A program made the position numbers and the translations under genes. From Eledone cirrhosa (taxonomy: Eukaryota), in contig OZ024740.1 of assembly GCA_964016885.1 (NCBI GenBank), positions 55,242,001 to 55,306,000 on the forward strand: 64,000 nt of DNA. The letters are read 5' to 3'. Shown in pieces: positions 45,664-60,834 of this stretch; the first letter of the stretch is position 1; every line of letters begins with the position of its first letter. Below the pieces are notes generated by a model. The model saw nothing but the letters and a program-made list of their open reading frames with translations. It made no database searches and was not told where the DNA came from.

Positions 45664-46351
45664 ATACACACGTTCAGAAACATCCTTGCAGGCAAATTGT
45701 TAATTGGCACGGCTTGAAATTAATGTTAATTTCAAGGACGTGCTGTGGATGTCATGGAAATCATCCTTTTATGATTGACGGACCTTGACAGAATGCTTTT
45801 CGCCGTTCACATATAAAATACACTTTGACCATTTCTTCATAAGCTGGATTTCAACGATATTAAACCTTGTCAGAATTTCTCTTATCTTATACATCCTTAT
45901 ATATATATGACCAACAATAAGCTAATAACACATCGACTCAAAGGTTTAAATCAACACCGATTTAAACATGAATGACATGATTTTTCTAAGAGTGACGAAC
46001 ATTAAATTATAGTGTGAATGTAGTAGTCTTATCTTACATTTAGTCCAAATTCATGTTCAAATTACTGTTAAATAAAAAAGGATGGTAATTTGTTGAATTA
46101 ATGTATTAGTTGTAACCTACATAATTTCTAATTTGAACAATTGCAATTATGGGCTTTGGATGAAACAGAATATTATGTTTCAACTAAATAAATCCAACAA
46201 TTATGTGATATTATATTTCCTTTTTCTTCTCATTGCACATGCGCACATATATGGACACATATATGTATATATGGATATATATATATATATATATTTATTA
46301 CCGACATTCAAACACACATACACTTATAGCTATGATTTCTACGAAAGAATA

Positions 46352-46427
<76 letters not shown>

Positions 46428-46429
<2 letters not shown>

Positions 46430-46920
46430 TCAATTACAAAAAGGATAGCTGGCATGACAGGCCTTGACTTGGAGAAAAGCTCAAATTTTATTCTCTCCAA
46501 CATCGCCGTGAGCGCTACATTATCTGTATGATGTGGACAATATTCCATCAGCTTTGCCCAAATGATGTTGGCATCACCTTTAGTGTACACCCAAGGCTTG
46601 GGCCCCGTGCTATCCGCCCAAGACAAAAATCTCACTCGAATCACATAACAACAATACGGCACAATTATTTCACCTCAATTGGCCCTGCACTCTTTAACAT
46701 AACACCAAGACACATCAAATCAGAGACAGACTCCAACAAGTTCAAGAAGTATTTGGATAAATTCCTTCAAGAAATACCGGATAAGCCTCCGTAAACAATA
46801 ACTCTCTGCTCGAGTGGGCCATGGTGCCCAAACACTGATTTGTAAGACTTTGTCAGGTGGTGCTATTATGTTAGACATGGCCTGGGCCAATACTGACCGA
46901 AACCTATAAGTTATCAAAGT

Positions 46921-46921
<1 letters not shown>
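46428..46921 (+). mobile_element. CR1/L2-group LINE 3' fragment inside (TA)n
   Basis: SLQHRRERYII.MMW...F.SIGPALFN..P.HIK..T...FKK.LDKFL..IPD.P*. Confidence 0.8.
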
Positions 46922-47013
<92 letters not shown>

Positions 47014-47018
<5 letters not shown>

Positions 47019-47375
47019 TGAAATCGAAAATGCGACTGGAGTCTTATTTTAAAAAATATATATATATTTATTTCGTTCCTTTACCGGTTTCGCAGTTCTT
47101 CTTCTGCTTTTCAATAGTAGAGTTGAGATGGAGGGTCTGTGCTTTTTCTCACATCTGAGATGTGAGATAAACCACAGACCCTCCATCTCAACTCTATTTT
47201 TGAAAAACAGAAGAACTGCGAAACCGGTAAAGGAACGAAATAAATATATATATATATTTTTTAATAAGACTCCAGTCGCATTTTCGATTTCATCTTTTTT
47301 TCTTTATACTTTCACTAGTGTAGGACACCTCAGTTATTTTTCATTTTTTAAAAAACCTCACTTTCTAATAATATA
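47014..47375. mobile_element. Fold-back element (arms 47014-47156 / 47158-47297) with a U3-A8 hammerhead variant
   Basis: Left arm minus strand TTGAAAA-gcag(aagaagaa)ctgc-GAAA-ccgg-TA; right arm copy at 47200-47229. Confidence 0.8.
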
Positions 47376-47469
47376 TATATAATATTCATATTCGTTCGTA
47401 GATACATAGTTATAAGTGTCTGTGTGTTTGAATGCCGGTAATAAATATACACTCCGGCAATAAAGCATT

Positions 47470-47660
47470 GGCGGTGTATTGGCAGTATCGATAGAGGGTC
47501 GGACGCCATGCTTTGACGCATATAGTTACGGCCCTTACCAATCTGAGTTCAAATCCCGCCGAGCTTCATTTTGCCTTTCATCCTTACGGGGTAGATAACA
47601 TAAAGTACCAGTAATATACTGGAATAATTGGTGGCCTTGTGCCAAAAGTAGAAACAATTG
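47470..47660 (+). mobile_element. Full-length SINE
   Basis: 37865 family. Confidence 0.9.
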
Positions 47661-48315
47661 TTACATAGAAGCACTAGACCAAAGAAACGCGGTCGAGCTT
47701 TTTCGTCCACCATGGTTATACAAACAAACACAATTCATTGTCAACGACGGAAATGCAATGAACCACTGCCTGGTATAATTAGAGTATTAAAAATATATAT
47801 AAAACTATTACCAGCTTTACGAATGGCCTCAAAATGCATATTTAGTAGTAGTAGTAGTAGCAGTAGCAGCAGTAGTAGTAGTAGTAGTACTAGTAGTAGT
47901 AGTATTGGTAGTAGTAGCATTAGTAATAGTAGTAGTAGTAGTTTTTGTTGTACTATCCTCGCATATTTCGTAATTATAATCTCAAATTTTATTGATTTTT
48001 AAATTTCAGTATTGAAAGATATCCATAGAGAAAATTTAAGTATATGCTTGCTTTCATTTCGGATATTATAGATGAATGGATTTTTTCGAGTAAATTAACC
48101 TAAGATGTTCATTTGTCTGATGGCATAGGTTTCTTGGGAGGCGTTGCCACTGGCTTTATAGCCCTGAAGCTGGGCGCTATATCAGAAGTAGATCTAGACT
48201 GTAGAAACAATAGTGATTTCGTGATTTAATGCCCCTTTGTGTGTATATAGTTGTGTGGGTTTTATATATATATATATATGAAGGGGAAGCATGTGGGTGT
48301 ATGTATGATGGTATC

Positions 48316-48348
<33 letters not shown>

Positions 48349-48537
48349 ATATTTATATATATGTGTGGGTGTGGGTGTAAGGGTCTATATATATATGCAA
48401 GTATGCATGTATGTACGTATGTAATCTTTTCAATTTCATATTACATACACGCGAATATACAATTCATATCCATATATATATAGATACACATATATTCACA
48501 CAAGATTACATATTTGAGTATATATATTGAAATTGTG

Positions 48538-48770
48538 AAGGTGCGTGGCTTAGTGGTTAGAGCGCAGGATTTACAGTCTTGAGGTTATGTGTTCGATTTC
48601 CGGAAGGATAGATCCTTGAAAAAAAACACTTATTTCACCCAGCTGCAGAAATGAGTTGCTTCGTAGCTGGTCCCAGGTTGTACTAGTCGTTACCTCCCCT
48701 TTGGAGAAGGGAGACTTGTATGAAGGGGCAACTGATTGTCCTCCAGCAAATCGACTTACATAGGCTTGTG
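48538..48770 (+). mobile_element. tRNA-derived SINE
   Basis: gcgtggcttagtggttagagcg...gttcgatttcc (A and B boxes). Confidence 0.7.
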
Positions 48771-49104
48771 TATATATATGATCATATATATATATATATA
48801 TATATATGAAAAAATTCAGGACTCCGACGGGTGAGCTATAGCCGTTTCACTCTAATAACCGAAGTATCGAGTACTCCGGTGAGTTTGGGTCTAACTCGTT
48901 TTTACCGCCTCCAAACTGACACACACGCACAAACACACACACACATACACACGCACAAACACACGCATATATACATATATATATATATGTGTGTGTGTGT
49001 GTACTGAATTAATGGCAACTTAAATTTAACTTTAATTCTGCATAAATTCAGTATTCGCAACCCGGCTCAACGGTTCCAAATATATACATATATGTGAATA
49101 TATG

Positions 49105-49149
<45 letters not shown>

Positions 49150-49677
49150 ATGTGTGTGTGTTTGTGTATATATATATTTATGCATGAATACATGTGTACG
49201 TGAATGTACTCGTGTATATGTATGTGTATCTGACTATGAATATCAATCTGAGTGACTCTATTGGTGTGTGTATATAGTGTGTACACAACTCATCTGGCCA
49301 ACATTTCGGTCAAATCACACTTTCATTGGGTGTCTTTGTCCACTGTTAATATATTATTACGAGCCTAATTCAGCTCTAAATGTGTACACGCTGGATTGTG
49401 GAACTCTCCAGTATTGCTAAGTTTGATATGCCAAGATTTGAACACAGTTTACAAAGGAATGAGACGTTCACAACTGAATCGCATATGCCATTATACCACT
49501 TTAGATTTGCCTTATAGATATATACGCCTCTGTATGTTGATATGTATGATTTTGAAGAGAAAACTGTGCGTATAGAAGACTAATAGAGAGGAAAATATCG
49601 ACGAATCAATAGACAGATATAAAATTACATAGACAGACCGACAAACATCCAGACCGCTAGCTAGCTAGCTAGCTAGC

Positions 49678-49768
<91 letters not shown>

Positions 49769-50409
49769 TTTGAAAGAGAGATAGATATAAATATATATTA
49801 TTCAAATTGTTAGAATATGTTTGCTTTCGCCGCTTCCTAAATATTATTGAATATTGGTGGCGAAATATTAGCCACAATAGCTGTATCATTAAAATTAGCA
49901 GCTAGATCCAAGTTAATTGTAACTTCTGACCTTCCAACGGAAGTAATACCATTCAGTAAACTCTAGACGGAAGCCAATTTCACCTCTCCATTAACATTCC
50001 AATTTGTGAAAGCTTTTATAATTAAAAACCCAAATCCCATAAAAATAATAGTAGTAAATAAATAAGAATGAAAAATAAGAAAATAAAAAAATTAATTTGA
50101 AACAAAAAACAATAAGAAATAAAAAAAATAACTGAAATAGAAAACAAAATTTAAAATGGCGAAAACAATATAAAAAATACAAAATAATAAATTCTTCTTC
50201 TCTTCTTCTTCTTCTTCTTCTTCTTCTTCTTCTTCTTCTTCTTCTTCTTCTTCTTCTTCTTCTTCTTCTTCTTCTTCTTCTTCTTCTTCTTCTTCTTCTT
50301 CTTCTTCTACTACTATTTACGTTCAAATTCAAAAATATAAGCTGCGTAAACAGTAGCAATAATCAAAAAATGTGACAACGATGAAAATAATAAAAAAAAA
50401 AGAATAATA

Positions 50410-50440
<31 letters not shown>

Positions 50441-50444
50441 CGAC

Positions 50445-50500
<56 letters not shown>

Positions 50501-50559
50501 CGATGATGATAATGGTTCCTTTAGTCGCTCAAAATCATGGTAATCATTATTATTAGCAT

Positions 50560-50591
<32 letters not shown>

Positions 50592-51109
50592 CGGTGGATA
50601 TCTTAATATCAACAACGGCAACAACCATAATAGTAATAACACCATTATCTCTATCATGATCATAATCAACATAACCATCAACATAACCGTTTCAATTGAC
50701 TTTCAGACTTTTACTATATCTTCACAATCTGAATACAACTGAGTATCCATATGTAATATTTTAAAGACACTTAGACGTTCCTTAAATTTTCGACTAATTC
50801 ACTCGAATATATTTACCTTTCTAACATACACATATACAGTATTGCACACTGCATTTATTTAAGAAAAGAGTAAATGGGAAGAAATGAAATACATTAATGT
50901 ATATATATATATACGTTAAGGGCGAAAGCAGCGATTATTTGCATAAACTTTAATCTGTTATTTTAATAAATATATATATAAATATATATGTGTGTGTGTA
51001 TGGTATGTATGTATGTAAAAATATATATATATATATATTATACTCTGGGAATGTATCTTACATTGCCGATGGAGTACGCTGAGATACAACCGGTACAAAT
51101 ATATATATA

Positions 51110-51312
51110 TATATGGATGTATATATAATGTATTTTGCAATACACTTTATGCTTAATTATCTCCCCTGTTTGCTGAGATTAAAGTAAGTGAATTTGTCAC
51201 TACTCTAAAACAATAGCATACGGTCTTCAAAATGCTTTTAATTAAGCATAAAGTGTATTGCAAAATACATTATATACACATCCATATATATATTGCTATT
51301 TCAGAGCTCCAA

Positions 51313-51320
<8 letters not shown>
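51110..51320. mobile_element. Truncated fold-back element, 12901 family
   Basis: Shares gtcactact..aaaacaatagc..gtcttcaaaatgcttttaattaagcata; short inverted arm ~51110-51158. Confidence 0.8.
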
Positions 51321-51401
<81 letters not shown>

Positions 51402-51488
51402 GTAGGAGGTGAGTTTTATTGTAGTACAATAAAGCAATGCAGATATCGGATAAGAAGCACTCTACAGTTTGTAGGACTGGAGTATACA

Positions 51489-52143
51489 TAATATAAGATC
51501 AAAAGATGGTTAATTATTATTTTTTCTCTCTATCTTCATACATAAATTCCCTTCGTTAATTTTCAAATTCTTTTAATTTATACATTATCTTCCAACGGTT
51601 CTCAACCTCTCTATGTGAAACAATATATTTTTTATCAGTTATAAAAACTATCTCTTTCTCTCTATCACCCATCTCTCCCTCTCCACCCTCATCTCCTCCC
51701 CCTTTTTTCATCCTTTCCACCCCCCCTCCCTAAATAAAATATTTTTTCCTCGTACATATCTTCCCTTCGTTAATTTTCAAATTCTTTTAATCTATACATT
51801 ATCTTCCAACGGTTTTCAACCTCTCTATGTAAAACAATATATCTTCTCTCAGTTATAAAAACTATCTCTTTCTCTCTATCACCCATCTCTCCCTCTCATC
51901 TCCTCCCCTTTTTCATCTCCCCCCCCCTCTCTAAATAAAATACTTTTCCCAATATCACACATCAATCTAAAACCACTTTTCATATGTTGATTTAAAACTG
52001 CACTATCCACAAGTGTTTTTTAGCCTTCATATCATGTTCTCCTGTTTTATCTGATGAAAACACAAATATTATTGCATGATGATGTTTGTTTTTGAAATGC
52101 GCATAATAAAATACATGGAACTCCTTTAACCATCTTTTGATCT

Positions 52144-52150
<7 letters not shown>
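51489..52150 (+). mobile_element. Element with ~25-bp inverted termini, an internal ~213-bp direct duplication (51547-51950) and a hammerhead
   Basis: taatataagatcaaaagatggttaa / ttaaccatcttttgatcttatatta; ttcccttcgttaattttcaaattc occurs twice. Confidence 0.75.
52043..52113 (+). ncRNA. Minimal type I hammerhead ribozyme
   Basis: tgttttat-CTGATGA-aaacacaaatatta..tgatgtttgtttt-t-GAAA-tgcgca-TA-ataaaata; palindromic atgcgcat in stem III. Confidence 0.8.
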
Positions 52151-52217
<67 letters not shown>

Positions 52218-52284
52218 GTGTGTGTATGCATGTACAAATATATATATATATTTATATATATTTATATATATATATATATATGTA

Positions 52285-53088
52285 TCATAATCTATAAAGC
52301 TCAGTGTGTGGTCATGCTCCTTCGTTATAGAAATCTACGATATAGAATTTCTTCAATTGAAATTTACAATTCAGTATTCGAAATAGCTTCGATTGCGTCT
52401 TGACGCAGATAATGTTTTCAATTTCACCCACAATTACGCAAAAAATAGATAAAACTCAATATTTTACGATTTTTCTCTCTCATTTAAACTGCTGAACACT
52501 TTCTACTATCATTCGAAATCTATACAACTTCATACTTACTGTTACTTTCTCTTTCCAAGCTTGATGGTGATACTGTCCGTTCACACCCCTCCCTACTGTC
52601 TTAAATTTAGAAAACATATCTTCTATGAGGTCACTAAACCTGCTAGAAACAGCAGCTAACTCTCCCCCATATCACACCACTCCCTACTGTCTTAAATTTA
52701 GAAAACACATATCCTCTATGAGGTCACTAAACCTGCTAGAAACAATAGTTAACTCTCCCTCATATCACAACCCTCCCTACTGTCTTAAATTTAGAAAACA
52801 CACCGACAACCATGCAGAACAACTCCATCGCAGCTCTGTTGTTCGGCTGGCATCGTCTACGCGCGTGTTGCGCAAGTACTGTTAAACAATAAATTTCAAC
52901 ACTTTTTTGCACAGAGATAATATCCATAGGCGAAATTACAATTGTCACTGCTGGCGCAGCTCATGCTTCCAGGTCTGCAATTCATTCACCCAGTGCCTGG
53001 CAGACAAAAAAGTGCTGCCATAAAATGGGTGGTGCAACCTAACATTGGTAACTTAATGACCCCGAGCAACGCCGGGCTATAATGCTAG
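52285..53088 (+). mobile_element. Non-autonomous Helitron with an internal ~92-bp tandem (52591-52800)
   Basis: 3' hairpin cccgagcaacgccggg (53061-53076), then CTAG|T at 53085-53089. Probable 5' A|TC..tctataaag at ~52285, approximate. Confidence 0.7.
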
Positions 53089-53094
53089 TGTATG

Positions 53095-53144
<50 letters not shown>

Positions 53145-53232
53145 TACATATGTATGTATTTAAATATGTAAATATATTTGAACGTAAACAAAATATTATA
53201 AATAAATAACAAATACGCGACAGCACCAACAT

Positions 53233-53263
<31 letters not shown>

Positions 53264-53827
53264 AAGAAGAAGAAGAAGAAGAAGAAGAAGAAGAAGAAGA
53301 AGAAGAAGAAGAAGAAGAAGAAGAAGAAGAAGAAGAAGAAGAAGGGTGTCGAAATAAAGGAATCATTATAATGGATGGAAGGAAGGGAGGAAGTGAAGAG
53401 ATTAATTAACTTGTTTCATCTGTTCATTAAACATTTCTCCGCATTACACACACACACACACATACACACATACGCACGCATCACGAACGCACATATATAT
53501 GTATATATACATATATATATATTTATATATATATATTTATATATGTATATATACATAGGTGTTTATGTGTGGGTGAATGTGTGTGTGTGCTGATAAAAGA
53601 TACACACACGAATCCATCTAAAAACCATGCACTTTTCTATGAAAGTTGTTCATTAAAAAAATTAAGAATTAATTATATCAGTGAAGGCAATATTTATTTG
53701 AAGGAAACAGAACGTAATAGAATAATCTCGAATATATCACAGAATCCATACACACACATACACAAACACAAACACACATACACACATACATACATACACT
53801 CTCACATACACACGCGCACACACAAAG

Positions 53828-53901
<74 letters not shown>

Positions 53902-54084
53902 GAAATATTTCATATAACTGCTCTGTAAATCACCTGATGTTTTTACATTGAGCTACTTAACTTACTGGTAATAAGGTAGTAATATATTACTGCCTACCAC
54001 TATTTAGGGTTTGTATAAAAATATATATAACTGCAAAAGGTTTTTGTATTTACATAACCATAAATAGTATAATTAATACTAATT

Positions 54085-54125
<41 letters not shown>

Positions 54126-54148
54126 CATATATACATATATATATATAT

Positions 54149-54492
<344 letters not shown>

Positions 54493-54508
54493 ATATATTA
54501 TATATATA

Positions 54509-54586
<78 letters not shown>

Positions 54587-54831
54587 GTGTGTATTCAAAT
54601 AATTCATGATATTAGCTAAATGTTTCAATATGTTTTTCTAAAATCTCATTAGCCCTGCATGAATAAGGGTAAATTTTAGTGATACATTAGGCTTATTAGA
54701 GGGCAATAACGAACAAAGAATATAAAAAGAGAACCGAATAAAATTATTACAGATGTGGACCTAACATTTTGATATTCTAGTTTTGATTCAAACGTTACAG
54801 ACGCTGTAAGATAGAGTTATATAGGCGAATG

Positions 54832-54898
<67 letters not shown>

Positions 54899-54899
<1 letters not shown>

Positions 54900-55085
54900 G
54901 TTATTCCGGGTTGAATCGGAGGTAACCACAGTAAGTAAGGTACTCAATAGATAGCAGAGTATAAAAGTTTTAATATAGATGAGATTCTACAGGACTAGAA
55001 CTGTTTCATTCTTTAGACATCATCAGGAATTTGATGATTTCTAAAGAATGAAACGGTTCTAGTACTGTAGAATCTCATCTATATA
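54899..55085. mobile_element. Fold-back element, 21938 family (opposite orientation)
   Basis: Near reverse complement of 21938-22125. Confidence 0.85.
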
Positions 55086-55512
55086 TATATATATATATAT
55101 ATTATTTACTTATTTATATGTTTACACACACACAAACTCAATGTTGGTGATGAAGATTAGTTGTTGATCGATGGTGCGAGTGGGGATTCAGTGATGATTT
55201 CATGCGCTGATAATGTAAATGAAACTTGCTTTCAAAGGCAGGTTTCGTCTGCCATGAAAATATAAATGTAAGGAGTAAATTTTGCAGTTTTATGCAAGTA
55301 CACCAGACAGGCTTGAACATTGGATTGAGATTCCATATCTGTCGAATTCTGCAGCCATGTTGCCGGTGTATCTGTTCATGTTCCAAGGCATATTTAGCAA
55401 GAAAAATGTAAGACTATATCCTTGCTCAGTCGCCTCCCCAGAGCCCATGGCATTGAAACAAGCGTGTTATACAAAGCAATGGCCGAGGGAAGAAAAACGA
55501 TGAACGCATTGC

Positions 55513-55559
<47 letters not shown>

Positions 55560-55562
55560 TGC

Positions 55563-55690
<128 letters not shown>

Positions 55691-55781
55691 CATATATGCA
55701 TATGTGTGTGTGAGTAAATGCACGTGTGTATGGGTGTGCGTGTATGTGTGCATGTGTGCGTGTATGTTTTGTCTCTGTGTG

Positions 55782-55842
<61 letters not shown>

Positions 55843-56249
55843 CCTCTTTTGCTGCGTTTTTCCCTTGTTCTCTGTTTGTTCCGCACCAATATTAACAGGA
55901 ATATTTTTTTTTGCGAGAAGAACATAAAAGAGTGAGTGCTTTTGGTTGAAATATAACTGATAGAAGGTAAATAATGAGAGAAAGGTGAATAAAAATAATG
56001 AAAAAATCAAAGCATATATGGTCTTAGTTGAACATATTTTATAAACAGTTTGAATGACTTTTCAAGCATGACTAATATAATTAGTCATGTTAACGTTTGC
56101 CTCAGATCTGTACATACTCAATTTCATCACATACTACCTAGTTTAAGGATAAAATCTCATTAATGTTGACTTGATAGTATTATTGATATACATGTACGTA
56201 CATATATGCATGCACACATACACATACATATACACACACTTACACACGC

Positions 56250-56307
<58 letters not shown>

Positions 56308-56330
56308 AGAGGGAGATTAGATAGGCAGAT

Positions 56331-56432
<102 letters not shown>

Positions 56433-57868
56433 ATATATATGTATATATTCAAATGCTCATTTCTCCCCCATGTGTGTGCTTGTGAGTCTCTGTATACACT
56501 TGCTTCTGTGTAAGTGTGGTCGTGATTAAATTAACTACTCCATTAAAATGAGACTCACGTATAACTGATTAAAAAAATTTACATATGAAAATATATATTG
56601 GAAACCCTTCAAAAAATATACAAATGAAAAACACTAATGTAAGAAATTTATAATTAATTAATTATGTTTCTAGTAAAATCCTATAACTTTCAGTTAAAAT
56701 TTAATTTTTACTTTTTAAAATACAAATATAATTAGAAAACATATATCAAGATTATAATAAATTGAACTAAAATGATAAATATAAGAGGAGGAAGGAAAAA
56801 AATTAACCATTTATCATTAAAATTGAAAACGTGGAACGGGATTGTTGTAAATTGTAACGCTTTCAATATAAAACATTATTTTACACACATGCAGATCTTT
56901 GTCCCTATTTTCTTTTTTTTTTTTTTTTTTTGAAATCAACATCTGCTTATATAGGATTAGTCCAAGAGCAGCCAATGGTACAATGGTTGGTATTGGTACA
57001 CTCAAAGAGTTAATTATTTTGAGCGTAAAAAAAGGGTGTTAATTTTATAACAGACGGTTAAAAAACAGATACAATTTTTCATAAATTTCCTGGAACCAGT
57101 AGCAAATTAATTGCTGTAAACTGAACCCAATCTGCAATATCTTTTATAAACTGCACGTAGAGAAACCAATCCGTTTAGAGTCAGTTCGTGAAGACTGGGG
57201 ACTATTTCAGTTGATAGAAGACACCAAGGGCTACCACAAATATTTAGTTGTTTGTCCGAAGCATCAATTGCAGTATTAAAGGTAATAAATAGTAAAGATA
57301 TAAATTGAAAATCAGAGAAATATCTATGGTTACTAAATGAGAGTTATATCTTAAAATGTGTATTAATCGCTTTACATATGGTTAGTTATTGATATTTATA
57401 TTTGTATTAGGAGGTATATTTTAGTTTCCATATTAGGATCTGCAAGTGCCCTTTCATATTTACACGTACACGTGTCTAGAATTATAGAATATTTACTAAC
57501 TATATCCGTTCGTGCCTATTACCTCTTGTTTATTATATATAGCTAAATATTTAATGTGTAAATCATTTGTATTAATCGCGATATCATAGCAGCAGAAGCA
57601 GCAAGACATCTACCAAGCTAGCATATATTTTCTAAACTGACTTTAATCTTGCAGATGTCAAAACTATTGTTTTATAACTATAGTTCAGTGAGGACGAGAG
57701 AAATATTCTTGTCCGAAGAACTATATATTCTTATTCCGTCACTAATAAAGGTTTTGGCAAAAGAATTGCCATTTACGACCCGTAAGATCGGCCAAGAAGA
57801 AGAAAATATTAAAATATACCTGTATATATAAAAACCCTAGGTGCATGTTCAACTCTTCTCTCTCTCTT

Positions 57869-57901
<33 letters not shown>

Positions 57902-58025
57902 CTATATATATATATGTACTTTTAAAAAATTTCCTTTACTCTTTAAAATTGTCCCTCCCCCCTTTTAATGTCTTTCAACCACTCCCCCACACACCCTCGG
58001 AACTCTCTTCCTACTCACTGATCTC

Positions 58026-58053
58026 CTGATGAAGGGCTTATGCCCGAAACGTC
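58026..58053 (+). ncRNA. Penelope pLTR-type hammerhead core
   Basis: CTGATGA-a-gggc(ttat)gccc-GAAA-cg-TC; stem I not evident. Confidence 0.6.
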
Positions 58054-58665
58054 GCCCCCACCCCCCACTCTCAAGCGTGAAACTAAAAACATACCATCTG
58101 TACTGCCTCTCTGTTTTTTGTTCTTTGTACATTTATTCAACTATAGTACTTATGGATGTGATGGAGGGACAAAGTTAAAAACGTTTAGTTAGACATATAA
58201 AAATTCTACATCGGTTTAATGAAAGAATTGCAGCATGTGCAGAAACATTTTACTAAATGTTGTGACTTTTTTTTATAAACATCATAACAACTTTTGTGAA
58301 ATGCTGATGGAAAGTTAGCTATAAGTGAAATAATTAAAATTCAAAATAAGCCATAGAAACAAAAACTACCTAAAAGTAATTTAAACAAGTTTTATATAGG
58401 ATAAGTGTAGACATATTTTTATTTAATTCCAGCCTCTCATACATAGTATATACCTGAAAAGAATATAGCTAGTAATATAAACAAGAGACGATCAGATAAT
58501 TTCACAATGGACATTTGCCCAGCTACTTGTGTTACTGATAATATCTAGTTGTTTCTTGACCTTCAGACAAAGATCTATTTTTTTCGTGTCCTAGTGAACA
58601 GCCTGCATCTAGATGGCAATTGTGATACAAGAACTATATAAATAATAATGATAATAATAATGATG

Positions 58666-58693
<28 letters not shown>

Positions 58694-58696
<3 letters not shown>

Positions 58697-58860
58697 TTTC
58701 TTTATTAACCACAAGGGTTTACATAAAGTAGACATTAAGGACAGTGCAGGACAATACAGGACGGTACAAATGGGCATTTCTGCGTGTAAAAAACAAAAAC
58801 AGAGGATGTAACAAAAAATAACAATGAAAAATTCCCCAATACGGGGGAGACTTCGGAGGG
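58694..58860 (-). mobile_element. Probable LINE 3' UTR fragment inserted in (AAT)n
   Basis: Unique segment ending aataaagaaatc on the minus strand, with (AAT)n on both sides. Confidence 0.4.
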
Positions 58861-59700
58861 ATAATAATAATAATAATAATAGTGATGTCAATAATAACAT
58901 ATCTCAGTCTCTTAATGAATGGCTTTGTTTGGAGATTAACAGAGAAACTATTAATTCATTCCAATCATTTTTTTTTATCTGGAGATTTTGGCATATCTTC
59001 ATTCTCAATCTGTACACGGCATTGCTGTTGTTATCAGAATAGCCAGACCCACAGAATAGTGAGGCATGTGTTTCTGATATTTTGTTCATGATGACAGATA
59101 TTGGCAATAGTAAGAAAAAACAAACAAAATACATGAGGATACTCAAATTTCCTCGATATTATTGTTGTCATTCCTCTCTTTTTTATATTTCTTCCAAGCT
59201 TTTAAAAAGTCATTTCAGAATTATATTTCATATATTATCTTCCTTTAGCACGCTTATGGTTATATGGTGGTCAGGCCTGAAAAGATTGAAGACACACTTT
59301 CTACTTCGGTCAAGCTCTTATCCTCTTTTTCAAGTTCCACTTGGTGGGAAAGTTGAGGATATAGAGGGAGATGCTCTGTTCTTGTAGGTTTGTTATAAAG
59401 TCGATGAGAGTGGCAAAAAATGGACCGAATAAATTACCCACTCACAGCATGACCCCTTACACCAGATAATGTGACAGATGTGAGTGCGCATTTTGGGTAA
59501 TTATGGTCATGTAGGCTACTTGAATAGCTCTAGGTAGTTGTCTTCCTTTCCGGGGGACTGTGTTACATAATTGTATACAATGTATGCATTTTGTCTCATA
59601 TTCTTTCTTCCTTCATCCGTTTTCTATATAGTTCCTCAATGCGTTTTGTATTCTCTCTGTGTAATGACTTCTTAAAAGTTGAAATTTTGTCATACTAATT

Positions 59701-60092
59701 AAAGGTGGAATGGCATAATTGATAGAGGGTCAGATAGAATTCAAATGTAGCTGAGATCAAATATGCCTTTCCCAGTTTGATAAATTAAAGTACCAGCCAA
59801 GTACTGGGGTCGATATGATTGATTTATCCCTCCCTAAAATTGCAGGCCTTATCCCTATATTAGAAATCATATACAGAGAGTGGATTGCCAGAATCGCTAC
59901 AGCACCAAACAATATACGTTGCGGAATTTACCTAAGGCATTTTACGCTCTTAGTTCAAACAGCGGCGAAGTTAGATTTGGCTTTCCTCCTTATGGGTTCG
60001 AAGATATAAAGTACCAGTAGCATACTGGTATTGATTTAATCGACTTTCTCCTTCCTTTACAATTTCTGGTCTTGTGCCAAAAATAGAACAAT
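59701..60092 (+). mobile_element. Two tandem diverged SINE copies
   Basis: gcctttcc..gataaattaaagtaccag..tactggggtcgat motifs occur twice. Confidence 0.7.
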
Positions 60093-60606
60093 ATATTTTT
60101 TATTATATACAATGTTGGGTGAAACATCTTTAGGGAGGTGAGTTTAGTTACCAGTTCAACTCGTATTAGCAATGTATTGTTGTGACCGCATTCCGAAACC
60201 AGGCACTTCAGCATTAAGCATTGTTAGTGCTAAGAAGTAGGAAGGTTTGTCCAAGGAAAAGGAGAATAGGGTACAAAATAAAGACCGTTTAATCTTCCAA
60301 GTTGTAACAATTGTTTAGAGTTATTTGGGATAACACACGTTAGCTATTGACAGTAGAAAGGAGGAAAACAGCGTCTTTTAATCGTTACTACATACACACT
60401 TCAACGGGCGTCCTCTATTTTTCTCTCCTTCAAACAACTTAAATGACAAAAGACAGACAACACCAACGACTTCTTTTTCTCTCCTTATATACTTCTTTCT
60501 TCTCTTCTTGTTCTTTCTTGTTTTCCGGTATTCTCCTTTTTGCCTTTAACTTATGTAGTTTTTTTCAAATACATACAGATAAATATATATACATATATAT
60601 ATATAC

Positions 60607-60675
<69 letters not shown>

Positions 60676-60706
60676 GATATATATATATACATATACATAT
60701 ATATAT

Positions 60707-60834
<128 letters not shown>

